A stretch of DNA of 64,000 nucleotides from positions 13,112 through 77,111 of the forward strand of contig CANMDT010000003.1 in NCBI GenBank assembly GCA_947496715.1, given 5' to 3'. The DNA comes from Myxococcales bacterium (lineage in GTDB: Bacteria; Myxococcota_A; Bradymonadia; REDH01). The notes beneath the pieces are model-generated. The model saw only the letters and a program-made list of their open reading frames with translations. It was not told the origin of the DNA and searched no databases. Of the stretch, positions 35,088-45,329 are shown piece after piece. The position numbers were made by a program, and so were the translations under genes. Positions within the stretch are counted from its first letter, which is position 1. The number at the start of each line of letters is the position of its first letter.

Positions 35088-35905
35088 GCCAGACGAAGCA
35101 TGATGGCGCTGCGCGACAGCGCGAGACGGAGCCGCTTGGCATCACCTATGACCGGCTCCGGCTGGACGCGCTGCTGACGCGGCTGGTGCGCGAGCGGGGG
35201 ATCAAGACGGCGTTGGAACTTCCGGCCGACGGGGCGAAGGCGATGCCGAGCATCTACAGTCTGGCGCTTGCGCGGGCAGGGGTGCATGTGACGCTGTATC
35301 GCCCTGAGGAGCAGGGGCTCGAGGTGTGGCGCCGGCTTGGGCTCATCGACAAGGTGACTGCTGTCTATGAGGGGACGCCCGCTGCCACAGGGCTGCCGGA
35401 TCGGTCGTTCGACCTGGTCTGGAACTTCGTCTCGGTGGGTTTCCGCCCCGACTTCGGTGACATCATCGGTGAGATGGCGCGGCTGTCGAACCGGCATGTT
35501 TTGACGGTGCACTGCAACGGTTTCAACTGGGGCTATCCGTGGCACAAGCTGTTGCACGCCGCCTTCCGGCTGCCGTGGACGCATGGTGAGACGGCCTACT
35601 TCTTCCCCAACCGGGTGCGCGATGTCTACCGCGGTCGCGGCCTGCATCCTGCAGAGTTCGGCCACCTCGACATGCCATGGTGGCCCGATCCGCCGGGCTT
35701 CCGGGATGTGCGTCTGCACCTTTCGGGTGGCGATCGGGTTGAGGACCTGGAGTGGACGGCGCCCATCGAGGCCATCTACGCGGGCGGCGAGGTGCCGAAG
35801 CTGGTGCAGCGGCTGGCGAAGATTGAAGAGAGTGAGATCCCGACGCCTGTGCGAACGATCTTCAGCCATCTCTTCTACCAGCTCGGTGAGAGGACCAGCG
35901 CGTGA
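35084..35905 (+). CDS. Class I SAM methyltransferase-like protein (degenerate motif I)
   Basis: TALELPADG, LPDRSFDLVWN; ATGA overlap with the upstream gene. Confidence 0.5.
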   Translation: MSQTKHDGAARQRETEPLGITYDRLRLDALLTRLVRERGIKTALELPADGAKAMPSIYSLALARAGVHVTLYRPEEQGLEVWRRLGLIDKVTAVYEGTPAATGLPDRSFDLVWNFVSVGFRPDFGDIIGEMARLSNRHVLTVHCNGFNWGYPWHKLLHAAFRLPWTHGETAYFFPNRVRDVYRGRGLHPAEFGHLDMPWWPDPPGFRDVRLHLSGGDRVEDLEWTAPIEAIYAGGEVPKLVQRLAKIEESEIPTPVRTIFSHLFYQLGERTSA

Positions 35906-37788
35906 AGGTTGTCGTCGAGAGGTCGGGAGCAGCCCGGGCAGACGACGAGGCTGACGAAGAGGTTGCGCCGCGGGAGAATCCGTTTGAGCCGCACGCGGTC
36001 TGGTACTGGCCGGTGGCTGTGTTGCTCTGCCTGCTCGCGCTGGCGGTCATCTGGGTGCCGGCCTTTGTGCCGGGCCAAGACACGCCGGTGCATGCCTTCT
36101 TCGCGCGGGTTTTGCGTGAGCGGGGGCTGTTCGAGGGGCTTCTGGAGGGGCGGTTCGCGCCGACCTCGCAGCTGTCGGTCTATCTGAGTGTCCCGTTCGC
36201 TTCGCTGGAGCCGGCACTGGTGGGCAAGCTCACGCGGACGTTCGCGGGTGGCCTGCTGCTGGCAGCGATGCTGCTGTGCGGTCGTGAAACGGGTGAGCGT
36301 CGGCCCATCGGGTTTCTGCTGGCGCCGGCGCTGACCTGCGCCTTTCCGCAGGCGATGGGGTTCGATAACTTCGCGCTAGGCATGGCGCTCGGGGTGCTCA
36401 CCATCGCGGCAACGCTGCGCGCCATGTCGGGGCGCAAGATTTGGTATCTGCTGGGTTTGATGGTGGCGGGACTGCTCTTGGCGGTCGCCCACGCAGTGGC
36501 GTTCGGGTTGACCGCGGTGGTGGCAGGGATGCTGGCGCTGCTGCTGGCGACCGATCGGATGAGCACCAGGTTTGCGCGCGTTGGTCTCACGATGATCGGC
36601 TTTCTGCCCGGCGGATTCTACGCCATCTGGGCGACGTTGGTCGTGACAGCGACGCAGGCGACGAACGGTGTGTCAGAGGGGCTCGGCGTGCAGCGGCTTG
36701 CGCTGCAGGAGCAGTTCACAAACCTGTGGGATGTGTCGTTCGGTGGCTTCTCGTCGTTTGGACTGCTGCCAGTCACGGTGGCCTTCGCGGCGTTCTTGCT
36801 GCACCTGCGTGGGCGTTCGGAGGGCGGGCGACGCACGCGGCTCTTCGTGGGCGTAACGACCGTGGCACTGCTCGGGCTCTACTTCGCGGTTCCGTTTCAC
36901 ATCCCGGGCTGGGCCTACGCGCAGCCACGGGTGCTGGCGGCGCTTTTCACGCTGCTGCTGCCCTTCGCCGCTTGGGGCGGCAGGTGGCGGTTCTTTCTGC
37001 CGGCCTACAGCGGGCTCATCGCGGTCTTCCTCGGCGCCAATCTGGTGGGGGCAACAGCGATGGGCGAAGAGGTGCGCATTGAGGCAACGCGGCTCGGTCG
37101 CACCGGGCCGGGCTTGGTAATGCCTGCTGTCGTTTCGGCCGGTCGCTCATCGAAGAACCCCTATGTTTCTCCGCTGCAGAACGCGGCCTACTACGCCTTG
37201 TGGGATGGCGGCGCGCTACCGGAGATGTGGGTCAGCAACCCTGCGATTCATGCTGTGTATGGCGTTGCCGGCGTGCAGACGCCGCCGGCTCCACCGGCCT
37301 TCTTCGCGCGTTCGTTGGCCTGCGACGGTGCAAAGGCCTGCGAGGCTGCGCGGCGGCGGTTTGTGGATCGCGTCGCAACGCAGGGCGTGCGATTCGGGCG
37401 GACGCTGCTGGTGGGGGCGGATGAGGCCATGCTGGCGCAGTTCGCTGCGCGAGGATTCGGGCCGGTCGCGCCTGCGCAGTTCAGATCCCATCCTGGTTCG
37501 GCGCGGGTTCGATTCCGGATTCCCGCTGACGCCGTCACGCGAGCCGTCTCGATCAGGTTGGGCTACACTGGATCAATCGGCTGGTTCGCCGGCATGACAC
37601 GCCCGCCGGGGCAGATCCCAGCCGACGGGATGGCCGAAGTTCGGTTCGACGGGCTACCGGCAGGTGTCACGCAGCTGATGGTGACGCTCGACGCGTCGAA
37701 GGAGGCTGCTGCGCATTCCCTCTATCAGGTGGAGTGGGAACAGGGCGTGGGCCGAGAGCAGGTGGTGACGCTCGGGGTCGAGCCCTAG
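35902..37788 (+). CDS. Polytopic membrane protein, possible GT-C glycosyltransferase
   Basis: First loop QDTPVH, about 10-11 TM segments, soluble C-terminal domain. Confidence 0.55.
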   Translation: MKVVVERSGAARADDEADEEVAPRENPFEPHAVWYWPVAVLLCLLALAVIWVPAFVPGQDTPVHAFFARVLRERGLFEGLLEGRFAPTSQLSVYLSVPFASLEPALVGKLTRTFAGGLLLAAMLLCGRETGERRPIGFLLAPALTCAFPQAMGFDNFALGMALGVLTIAATLRAMSGRKIWYLLGLMVAGLLLAVAHAVAFGLTAVVAGMLALLLATDRMSTRFARVGLTMIGFLPGGFYAIWATLVVTATQATNGVSEGLGVQRLALQEQFTNLWDVSFGGFSSFGLLPVTVAFAAFLLHLRGRSEGGRRTRLFVGVTTVALLGLYFAVPFHIPGWAYAQPRVLAALFTLLLPFAAWGGRWRFFLPAYSGLIAVFLGANLVGATAMGEEVRIEATRLGRTGPGLVMPAVVSAGRSSKNPYVSPLQNAAYYALWDGGALPEMWVSNPAIHAVYGVAGVQTPPAPPAFFARSLACDGAKACEAARRRFVDRVATQGVRFGRTLLVGADEAMLAQFAARGFGPVAPAQFRSHPGSARVRFRIPADAVTRAVSIRLGYTGSIGWFAGMTRPPGQIPADGMAEVRFDGLPAGVTQLMVTLDASKEAAAHSLYQVEWEQGVGREQVVTLGVEP

Positions 37789-39632
37789 TCGAGGCCGAGG
37801 TTGAGGCGGCGGGCCAGTTCGCGGACCGCAGGATGGTCGGGGGCGCGCCGGCGGAGCTGGCTCCAGTAGGCGTCTCGCTGCTCTACAGCGGCGGGGCCGA
37901 GAGAGCCGTAGAAGAGGACGAGGAGGCTGTTGCTCTGCACGCCATCGGGTGACGCACCATGCATGCGCACGAGTTCGTCTTCGATGGCGGCGAGCTGTTT
38001 GGGATCGCCTGCGGCAGCTCGCAGCGCAGCACCAAGCGAAGCAACGGGGTCGGAGGGACGGATGAAGCGGAGCGCCTTCTCTTCGAGCGCCGGGTAGCGG
38101 CCACGGCGGGCGTAGATGGTGGCCGGTTCTGACCAGAAGAGGGGGATGAAGTCGGGGTCGCGGTCGAGGAAGCCGAAGGCGGGGCTCACGCCGGGGTTGG
38201 CCGCCAAGATCCAGTCGCTCGGGAGCCGTTGCTCGAGGTCGCGGAAGAGGGTCGAGTCGTCTTCAGCGGTCACGCATTCGAGGAAGAATTTTGCACCGAA
38301 GACCATGTCGTTGCGGCCATCGACAAGCGTCTGGAATCCTGGGGCGCCCGCCCAGATGAGGTAGCCGCCGAAGTGAAAGGCGTTGTGGACGCGAGGCCCG
38401 AGTTGATGGTCACGCGCAAAGGCGATGGCGGCTGCCGGCATCTGCGGTGATTCACCCACACCGAGTTGGTGTGGAGAGGCGAGGTGAATGAGTGCGGCAC
38501 CCATCGCAGCGGCGGAGGGAAGCGCCAGAGAGCGCCGCAACGCCGGCATAGGGAGCGGGCGACGCTCGGCGAACCAGACAAGGAGCAGGAGCGCCGCGGC
38601 CGCAAGATAGGGGAGCCAGCGGACAGACCCAGGCGCCTGCGCAAGGAAAAGCAGGAGGACAGCTGCCGGCCAGGCGATGCCCGAGAAGGCAGCGTCTCCC
38701 TGCGCGAGCCGGCGCAACGCGACCGCCGCAGAGCAGAGCGCCGCCACCGCAAGGAGGACAAGCACCGGGAAGTGCTGCCAGGCATCGTGCAGCGAGATGG
38801 GCTGAAATTCGGAGACGTGCTGCCGGTAGATTTCGGTGTTCATGACACCGAAGGTGGAGGTGAGGAGCGCCATGCCCGCAGGGTGCAGCAGGGCTGCGAC
38901 GAGGGGCGCGAGGGTGAGGAGTGCCGCAGCGAAGAGCCCGCGGCGATCGGGGGGTGGCCCGAAGATCAGACGCGCTGTGCTCCAGCGCGCGAGGAGGCGT
39001 GCAGTCGCGAGATAGAGGAACAGCCCGACGAGGAGCGGAGCGATGGCAAGACCACCGCGGTGGAGCTGGAGCCAGGTGACCACGAGCATCGCGGCGGCCC
39101 CGAACCAGATGGCGAGTTCACGGCTGGCGGCGCGGCGCTGCGCGGCGGCGCGTGCCTGCTCGATGAGCACCAGCGCGAGCGGAAAGAGCGCGAGGGTGAA
39201 GAGGCGAGGCCGCGGTGTGGCGCTCATGGAGACGGCAGCAAGGTAGGCCGCAGAGAGCAGTACCGGCACAACGGCACTGCGGCGCGGCGCGAGCGACTGG
39301 AGCGCGGCCGGCAACGGGAGGAAGAAGAGCGCGCCGAGGAGGGCAACGCCTGCGTAGCTGGCGACGGCGAAGGCCCCCCAGAGGAGGAGGTCACCGCCGA
39401 GGTCCTTTACGCGCCAAGGCTGCCCGAAGTGGGAGAAAGAGAAGGTGTCCGTAGGGAGCGTGGAGCCGGTCGCGGCGGAGAGCCTCCCCGATGCGAGGTG
39501 CCAGAAGGCATCGGGGTCGCCTGTGATGCGCCAGGTGGTGACGAGCCCCAGCAGCAGTCCTGCGACGAGCAGCACCCAGAGGCCACCAAAGGAGGCCAGC
39601 CTAGGAGCGGGCTGAGGCGTGTTTCCTTCCAT
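37785..39632 (-). CDS. Polytopic membrane protein, possible GT-C glycosyltransferase
   Basis: DPDAFWHLASGR, DTFSF, PRPRLFT, QLHRGG, SEFQP, FGGYLIW, VDGRND pattern; start set to ATG 39632. Confidence 0.6.
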   Translation of the reverse strand: MEGNTPQPAPRLASFGGLWVLLVAGLLLGLVTTWRITGDPDAFWHLASGRLSAATGSTLPTDTFSFSHFGQPWRVKDLGGDLLLWGAFAVASYAGVALLGALFFLPLPAALQSLAPRRSAVVPVLLSAAYLAAVSMSATPRPRLFTLALFPLALVLIEQARAAAQRRAASRELAIWFGAAAMLVVTWLQLHRGGLAIAPLLVGLFLYLATARLLARWSTARLIFGPPPDRRGLFAAALLTLAPLVAALLHPAGMALLTSTFGVMNTEIYRQHVSEFQPISLHDAWQHFPVLVLLAVAALCSAAVALRRLAQGDAAFSGIAWPAAVLLLFLAQAPGSVRWLPYLAAAALLLLVWFAERRPLPMPALRRSLALPSAAAMGAALIHLASPHQLGVGESPQMPAAAIAFARDHQLGPRVHNAFHFGGYLIWAGAPGFQTLVDGRNDMVFGAKFFLECVTAEDDSTLFRDLEQRLPSDWILAANPGVSPAFGFLDRDPDFIPLFWSEPATIYARRGRYPALEEKALRFIRPSDPVASLGAALRAAAGDPKQLAAIEDELVRMHGASPDGVQSNSLLVLFYGSLGPAAVEQRDAYWSQLRRRAPDHPAVRELARRLNLGLD

Positions 39633-39768
39633 GTTTCCTGCGTCAGAGAGACAGGGTGCTGCTACCGAGTGGCTGCGGTGTTTCGCAAGCCCAATGCCGC
39701 GGCGTGGGTGGAGTTTGGCTGCTGCCCCTGCTAGCCGAACCAGGAGAAGTTGTCGTCTGGAGGCACCG

Positions 39769-40533
39769 TTGCAACGCGAACAATTTGAGCTGCATGCTGC
39801 GTTGGAATCGCGCCACTGGTGGTTTGTGGGCCGCCAACGCGTGCTGCGGGCCATCGTGGAGCGGCTCGGCGTTCCCGTCGCCGGAGCCGAGATGTTCGAA
39901 TTCGGCTGCGGTACGGGTGGTACGCTGGCCGCGATTGGTGGCGGCTACCGGTGTGCGGGAGTGGACCCGGACGAAGCGGGGATAGCTGCCGCGCAGCAGC
40001 GCTTTCCGGAGCATAGTTTTACGGTCTGGCAGCCTGGCGAGCCTCTTCCTGCAGCACTCGGCCGGGCCGAGGTGGTGCTGATGCTCGATGTGTTGGAGCA
40101 CATTGAGCGGTCGAGAGAGGCGCTGGGCGCGGTCATCATGGCGATGAAGCCGGGCGCCCATCTACTCATCACGGTGCCTGCCGACATGAGCATCTGGAGC
40201 GGGCACGATGAGCACTTTGGACACTATCGCCGGTATGACGCGGAGATGCTGCGCTGGGAGTGGAGCGGCCGGCCTGTGGAGGTGCGCCTGCTGAGCCACT
40301 TCAATGCGCTGCTGCATCCGGTTGTGTCTGCGATACGACGGTTGAATCGGCTTCGCGGGAGGTCGTCCGGCGCCGCCGGCACCGATCTGTCGATGCCTCC
40401 CGAGGCCGCGAATGGCCTGCTCACGCGGCTCTTCGCGGGGGAGCGCCGTGCGCTGGTCGCGGCCATCGACACGGGTGAGCCCGCCTACGCGCGGGGCGTG
40501 AGCCTGGTGGCTTTGCTGCGGAAGAATCCTTGA
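39769..40533 (+). CDS. Class I SAM-dependent methyltransferase
   Basis: HWWF..R, EFGCGTG, LDVLEH, LITVPA...WSGHDEHFGHYRRY; TTG start with GGAGG RBS chosen. Confidence 0.82.
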   Translation: MQREQFELHAALESRHWWFVGRQRVLRAIVERLGVPVAGAEMFEFGCGTGGTLAAIGGGYRCAGVDPDEAGIAAAQQRFPEHSFTVWQPGEPLPAALGRAEVVLMLDVLEHIERSREALGAVIMAMKPGAHLLITVPADMSIWSGHDEHFGHYRRYDAEMLRWEWSGRPVEVRLLSHFNALLHPVVSAIRRLNRLRGRSSGAAGTDLSMPPEAANGLLTRLFAGERRALVAAIDTGEPAYARGVSLVALLRKNP

Positions 40534-41291
40534 AGCCGGCGATGCTCGAGGCGTTGACGCTCGTTGTGCCCTGCTACAACGAGGCGAAGCGGTTCGACGC
40601 GGCCAAGTTTTCGGAGGCGCTCGCGCGCTTTCCGGGGCTGCAGCTGCTGCTGGTGAACGACGGGAGCAGCGACGCGACAGCGTCGGTGATCGAGGCCTTC
40701 GCGTCCATCTCTGCGGGGCGGGTCCGGACGCTGTCGCTGGCGCAGAATCGGGGGAAGGCGGAGGCGGTTCGCCGTGGTCTGCAGGCTGCGATGGACGGTG
40801 GAGCGGCCTGGGTTGGATTCTGGGACGCCGACCTCGCGACGCCGCTCGGCGCGCTGACGGAATTTTCGGCTGCAGCCTCGCGGCATGATGGCGCGCGGGC
40901 GTTGATTGGGTCGCGTGTGCGGCTGCTTGGCAGAGAGATTGACCGCAACCCGGTCCGCCATCTGCTCGGGCGGATCTTCGCTACGGCGGCCTCGGTGACG
41001 CTCGACCTGCCCGTCTACGACACGCAGTGCGGCGCGAAGATTTTTCTCGCAGACGAGACCCTCCGCGGCGCGCTGCAGGAACCGTTCGGGAGCCGCTGGA
41101 TCTTCGACGTGGAGCTGCTGCAACGCCTCGACGCGGGCTGGTTGCGGACGACGGGGCGGCGGGCAACGGCCTATCTGGTCGAGGTGCCGCTGCTCGCCTG
41201 GCAGGATGTGAAGGGGAGCAGCGTACGCGTGGGCGATTTTGTGCGCGCGGGTGCCGAATTGGCCGTGATCCGGAGTCGGCGCTCGCGCTAG
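40530..41291 (+). CDS. GT2 polyprenol/dolichyl-phosphate glycosyltransferase
   Basis: VVPCYNEA, VNDGSSDAT, NRGKAEAV, FWDADLATP, GSR, DTQCGAK, WIFDVELL. Confidence 0.88.
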   Translation: MKPAMLEALTLVVPCYNEAKRFDAAKFSEALARFPGLQLLLVNDGSSDATASVIEAFASISAGRVRTLSLAQNRGKAEAVRRGLQAAMDGGAAWVGFWDADLATPLGALTEFSAAASRHDGARALIGSRVRLLGREIDRNPVRHLLGRIFATAASVTLDLPVYDTQCGAKIFLADETLRGALQEPFGSRWIFDVELLQRLDAGWLRTTGRRATAYLVEVPLLAWQDVKGSSVRVGDFVRAGAELAVIRSRRSR

Positions 41292-43327
41292 GGAGCGCGC
41301 CGCTTCACCGGCTTGCGTTTGACGGCGGGGGATGGCGCGGGAGGCGCTGCGGGAGGCTGCTTCGCCGGTGCTACGGCGCCGCTGCCCTCGGGGCGAGCGA
41401 CCTCGACCTCCATGTCGGGGTGGTTCTTCTGCGCAAGTTCCGGACGGAGCCGCAGCGCCTCTTGGGCAAGCGCGTTTGCGACCTGAACGCGACCCATTTT
41501 GCCTTCGACGTAGGCGAGGCGAATCATCGCGACGGCGTCGGTAGGGTTGAAGAAGAGGACCCGCTCGAAGCGGGCCTTGGCCTTGGGCAGGTTTCCGAGC
41601 CGCATCGCGATGATGCCGGACTGGAAGAGCGCGTAGTTGTTTTCGGCATCGCGCGAGAGCGCCTGTTCGGCGAAGGTTTCGGCTTCGGCGTAACGGCCGA
41701 GCCGGATGAGCGTGATCGCAGTATCGAGCGGGACCTGGGCACCGAGACCAGGGACGGTGCAGAGATGTTTGAGGATGTCGACGACCTCCTCGCCGCGTCC
41801 CTGCTCGACGCGGATCAGCGCGAGGACGCGGAGGGCCTCGGGATGGTTCGGGAAGGGCTTGAGGATCTGGCGGAGATGCTCTTCTGCGAGGTCGAACTTC
41901 TTGAGCAGCGCATAGCTGTTGGCGAGGTTCATGTGGGCGACATAGAAGCTGTCTTCGCCCGACTTGGCGAGGCTCAGCACCTGGCCAAGCACGCGGATGG
42001 CCTCATCGAGCTGGTTGCGGCTTCGGTACTCCATCGCCAGTTGCAGGCGGGCGCGCTGCGAGGTGGGAAAGGCTTCGAGAACGCGGGCGGCGAAGGCGAC
42101 AGGGTCGGCAAAATCCTTATTGCGGGCCTGCACGCGGGCGCCGTAGCCACCCGCCACGAGCGCCGAGATGGTCAGGGCGATGAGGGCTCGCCGAGGGGTT
42201 GCCGCAAAGGCGAGTTCGAGGCCGCGGGCTACGATGAGGGCGAGCCCGATCAGTGGCAGGTAGAGGTAGTGCTCCGCGAGCAGTTCGTGGTGGGGAATGA
42301 TGTGGCTGACCGGGAGCATGGTCACGCCGAAGAAGAGCAGTCCGAAGGCGACGATGGGCGCGCGGGAGACGGCGAGGAGTCCGCCCAGCCAGACGAGGCC
42401 AACAAAGGCGGAGCCGAGAATTGCGCGTGGGTCTGAGAAGCCAGTCGCGTTGGGGAAGGCGCTGTAGTCACCGACGAGTCGCGCGGGGTAGACGATGAGC
42501 TCCGCATAGCGACCATAGGCAGCCATCACGGTCGCAACATGGGTGTGAAGGCTATTGCCTCGGATGTTCTGGGAGATCTGGGTGACGTGGCCCACCTTCA
42601 CGGCCCAGAGGACAAAGATGATGCTTGCGCCGGTAACGATGACGATGGGGATGAAGAAGCGGTAGACCGCGGAGAGGATGGGCCGCCAAGGGCTTGGAAA
42701 GGCGATTCCGTTGCTGGCTGCGGTCATCATCGGGGCGAGCGCGACCATGAGCAGGAGGGTTGCTGGTACGGTCGCCGCCATCTCCTTGCTGAACATGCCG
42801 AGCAGGAAACAGCAGGCAGCGACGAGCCCACCGAACCACTTTCGCGCGGTGCCCTGCGAGGGCTGCGGTGCCGCGAGCAACGCTGCGACGTAGAAGAGGG
42901 TAACGAGGAGATCTCGCCGCCCGGACATGTAGGTGACGGTGTCGGTGTGGACGGGGTGAATGGCCCAGAGGATGGTGCCGATGGCGGCGGCTCGCGGGTC
43001 GCGGATGACACGGCGGATGAGGTTGTAGACGAGGAAGGTGGTGAGGCCGTGGAGGAGCAGGTTGGTGAGGTGGTATCCGTAGATCTCGCGTCCCCAGATG
43101 CGATAGTCGACGGCGAGGGACATGTAGCGGACGGGCCGGTAGGAGCAGGCGTTGATGTTTGGGAGCGAGAGGATTTCGCCCCAGGTGTCGACCCGCCAGC
43201 AGGAGGTATCTCGCCAGAAGATGAGGTCGTCGAAGGCAAGTCCGGCATCGAGCGCTGACTGAAAGGTCAGCACCGCGAGGAAGGCGGCGAGAATGCCGGC
43301 CAGAAGCGGAATGCGTGAAGACTGCAT
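41288..43327 (-). CDS. TMTC-like GT-C membrane protein with C-terminal TPRs
   Basis: FDD in first loop, YRPV, YHLTNLLLH, WAIHPVHTDTVTYMSGR.DLL, SKE, EHYLYLP, TPR repeats. Confidence 0.82.
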   Translation of the reverse strand: MQSSRIPLLAGILAAFLAVLTFQSALDAGLAFDDLIFWRDTSCWRVDTWGEILSLPNINACSYRPVRYMSLAVDYRIWGREIYGYHLTNLLLHGLTTFLVYNLIRRVIRDPRAAAIGTILWAIHPVHTDTVTYMSGRRDLLVTLFYVAALLAAPQPSQGTARKWFGGLVAACCFLLGMFSKEMAATVPATLLLMVALAPMMTAASNGIAFPSPWRPILSAVYRFFIPIVIVTGASIIFVLWAVKVGHVTQISQNIRGNSLHTHVATVMAAYGRYAELIVYPARLVGDYSAFPNATGFSDPRAILGSAFVGLVWLGGLLAVSRAPIVAFGLLFFGVTMLPVSHIIPHHELLAEHYLYLPLIGLALIVARGLELAFAATPRRALIALTISALVAGGYGARVQARNKDFADPVAFAARVLEAFPTSQRARLQLAMEYRSRNQLDEAIRVLGQVLSLAKSGEDSFYVAHMNLANSYALLKKFDLAEEHLRQILKPFPNHPEALRVLALIRVEQGRGEEVVDILKHLCTVPGLGAQVPLDTAITLIRLGRYAEAETFAEQALSRDAENNYALFQSGIIAMRLGNLPKAKARFERVLFFNPTDAVAMIRLAYVEGKMGRVQVANALAQEALRLRPELAQKNHPDMEVEVARPEGSGAVAPAKQPPAAPPAPSPAVKRKPVKRRAP

Positions 43328-43502
43328 GGAACCGGCGCGGACGAGACGAGTGACGAGCCGACGGGGCGACTACGGTGTTGCGTGTCGTAGCGGAAAGGCA
43401 GCGAAAGGGATAAGAGAAAGCGGAGGCTTGGCGGTCGCGACAGTGCGCCCGATTGGCCGCCGCACCACCCGGGATGTCTGCTTGTACGCCTTTCGATTCG
43501 AC

Positions 43503-45329
43503 ATGGCCCGTCGCGCTCTGGCATCTGCAGCGTGGGTGAGCTTCGACCTCTTCGACACGCTGCTTCGACGGGTGAAGGGGCCCGACGAAGTTGCGGCAGA
43601 GGCGGCGGAGGGCCTCGTCGCGTTGGGGCTGTCGCATTGGACGAGCGTAGAGGTTCTCAGCCACCGACGAGCATGGACGATTTCGCGCGAGGCTGGCTAC
43701 CCGCAGTCGGAGGCGGAGTGGAGCATCGCCGACTGGTATGAGGCGCTGGCGATCGCCATGGGCGTCGATAACGCAACGGTCCGCGCGGCTGGCTGCCGGT
43801 GCGAGCTGGCTGCGGAGATCGCGGGGACGGTGGTCCGTCCGACGGGACTTGCGCTGCTGCTTGAAGCGCGACGACTCGGCAGACGCCACTTCGTTCTGAG
43901 CGATACGACCCTGACCGCAGAACTGATCGGGGCGCTGCTCGAAGCGCACGGAATCTTCGGACTGGAGGTGGTGGCCTCGTCGGAGTGGCAGCGGTCGAAG
44001 CGGCGCGGGACCATCTTCTCCGAGGTCGAGGCGCGGATGGGACTCGAGGGGCTGCGCGGCCTGCACCTCGGTGACAACCTGAAGTCGGACTTCGTGCGGC
44101 CGCTCCAAGCAGGCTGGCGTGCAGCACACCTGCCTCTGACCGATCCAGACGGCGAGTTTGACGCGGCGGCCCGGACGGTGCTGCGACATATTGCGCCGGC
44201 GACTCGGCCGCAGGAGCCGCTGGCCGGAGATGCAGCCCACTTCGTGCTCGCGACCGCCGCCTGGGTCTGCCAGCAGGAGCGGCAGCTCGGGTCCGAGGCG
44301 ACGCTCTTTCTCGCGCGGGACGCAGAGCCGATCTTGGTAGCCTGCGACGCGCTGCACCCAGCGCCTGGGCAGCGGCACTACCTGCGCCTGTCTCGGCGGT
44401 CGGTCCTGCTGGCCCATCCCGGCAACCTTCTCTTGCGTGTGACACTGTCGGGCAAGATCGGGAAGCGGTCGATGCGGGCGTTCGTAGCAGGGTTTGAACT
44501 TCCCGACGGTGTTGCCGAGCGCTGGCTCTCGGAGCTTGGCAGCGATGCAGATGCGCCGCTGAGCGAAGCAACCATCGTAGCATGGCAAGAGGTGCTCCGG
44601 CGCAACGGCGCGGAGTATGAGGCGCTGCGGCAGGAGCAGCGAGCCCTTCTCCAAGATTACATAGGACCCTTGATCGGCGAGCGCCGCAAGCTGCTGGTGG
44701 TCGACCTGGGTTGGGCTGGGACCATCCAAGATGCGCTCGCTGCGGTACTGCCCGAATGTGAGGTGCACGGCCGCTACGCGGGTGTCACGCGGGGCGGTGA
44801 GCCGTCGTCGCCGCAGGCGACCAAGCGGGGGCTTGTGTTCGACATCCCGGCGGGCAGAGGGGCGCCGCTGCTCGGCACGAGTGCCGGCGTGATGCGGCTG
44901 TGGGAGCTGCTGCTCCGCGAGCCGACCGGCTCTGTGCGACGGCTCGTGCGAGACGCCGCTGGCACCGTGACGGCGGAGCTGGATGCACCTCCTCCTCTGA
45001 CCGAAGCAGCGCTCGCGTTGGCCGAGGAGGCGCGGGCGCTGTTGCTGGCCACGGCGGACTGCGCCGGAGCGTCCTACCGGCAGCTGCTGGCCCTGCAGGA
45101 CGAGGTGTGCAGCCGGTTACTGGAGCGCATCGCAAGGCGCGCGTGGGAGGGACTCACGCTGATGCCTGATGGGGCGTTTGCGCGGCGTATCCTTGAGCTG
45201 GAGATGGACGAAGGCGCGAGCCGTGGCGTGATGACGACGCTGGGTATCGGCGGGCTGCGGTCTGGCGTGAGTTGGTGGCCGGGGCTGGTGGCAGGCTCGC
45301 TGGCTCGGCGGGGCAGGAGCCGCTCATGA
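43503..45329 (+). CDS. HAD-superfamily hydrolase fused to a C-terminal domain (polysaccharide-locus type)
   Basis: SFDLFDTLL, LSD, SK, HLGDN..SD; FLARD and VVDLGWAGTIQ in the C-terminal half. Start set to ATG 43503. Confidence 0.72.
   Translation: MARRALASAAWVSFDLFDTLLRRVKGPDEVAAEAAEGLVALGLSHWTSVEVLSHRRAWTISREAGYPQSEAEWSIADWYEALAIAMGVDNATVRAAGCRCELAAEIAGTVVRPTGLALLLEARRLGRRHFVLSDTTLTAELIGALLEAHGIFGLEVVASSEWQRSKRRGTIFSEVEARMGLEGLRGLHLGDNLKSDFVRPLQAGWRAAHLPLTDPDGEFDAAARTVLRHIAPATRPQEPLAGDAAHFVLATAAWVCQQERQLGSEATLFLARDAEPILVACDALHPAPGQRHYLRLSRRSVLLAHPGNLLLRVTLSGKIGKRSMRAFVAGFELPDGVAERWLSELGSDADAPLSEATIVAWQEVLRRNGAEYEALRQEQRALLQDYIGPLIGERRKLLVVDLGWAGTIQDALAAVLPECEVHGRYAGVTRGGEPSSPQATKRGLVFDIPAGRGAPLLGTSAGVMRLWELLLREPTGSVRRLVRDAAGTVTAELDAPPPLTEAALALAEEARALLLATADCAGASYRQLLALQDEVCSRLLERIARRAWEGLTLMPDGAFARRILELEMDEGASRGVMTTLGIGGLRSGVSWWPGLVAGSLARRGRSRS

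Noticed and set aside
42552-44768. 738-aa minus-strand ORF
   Set aside because: Overlaps the TMTC-like gene out of frame and the HAD gene antisense; no motifs.
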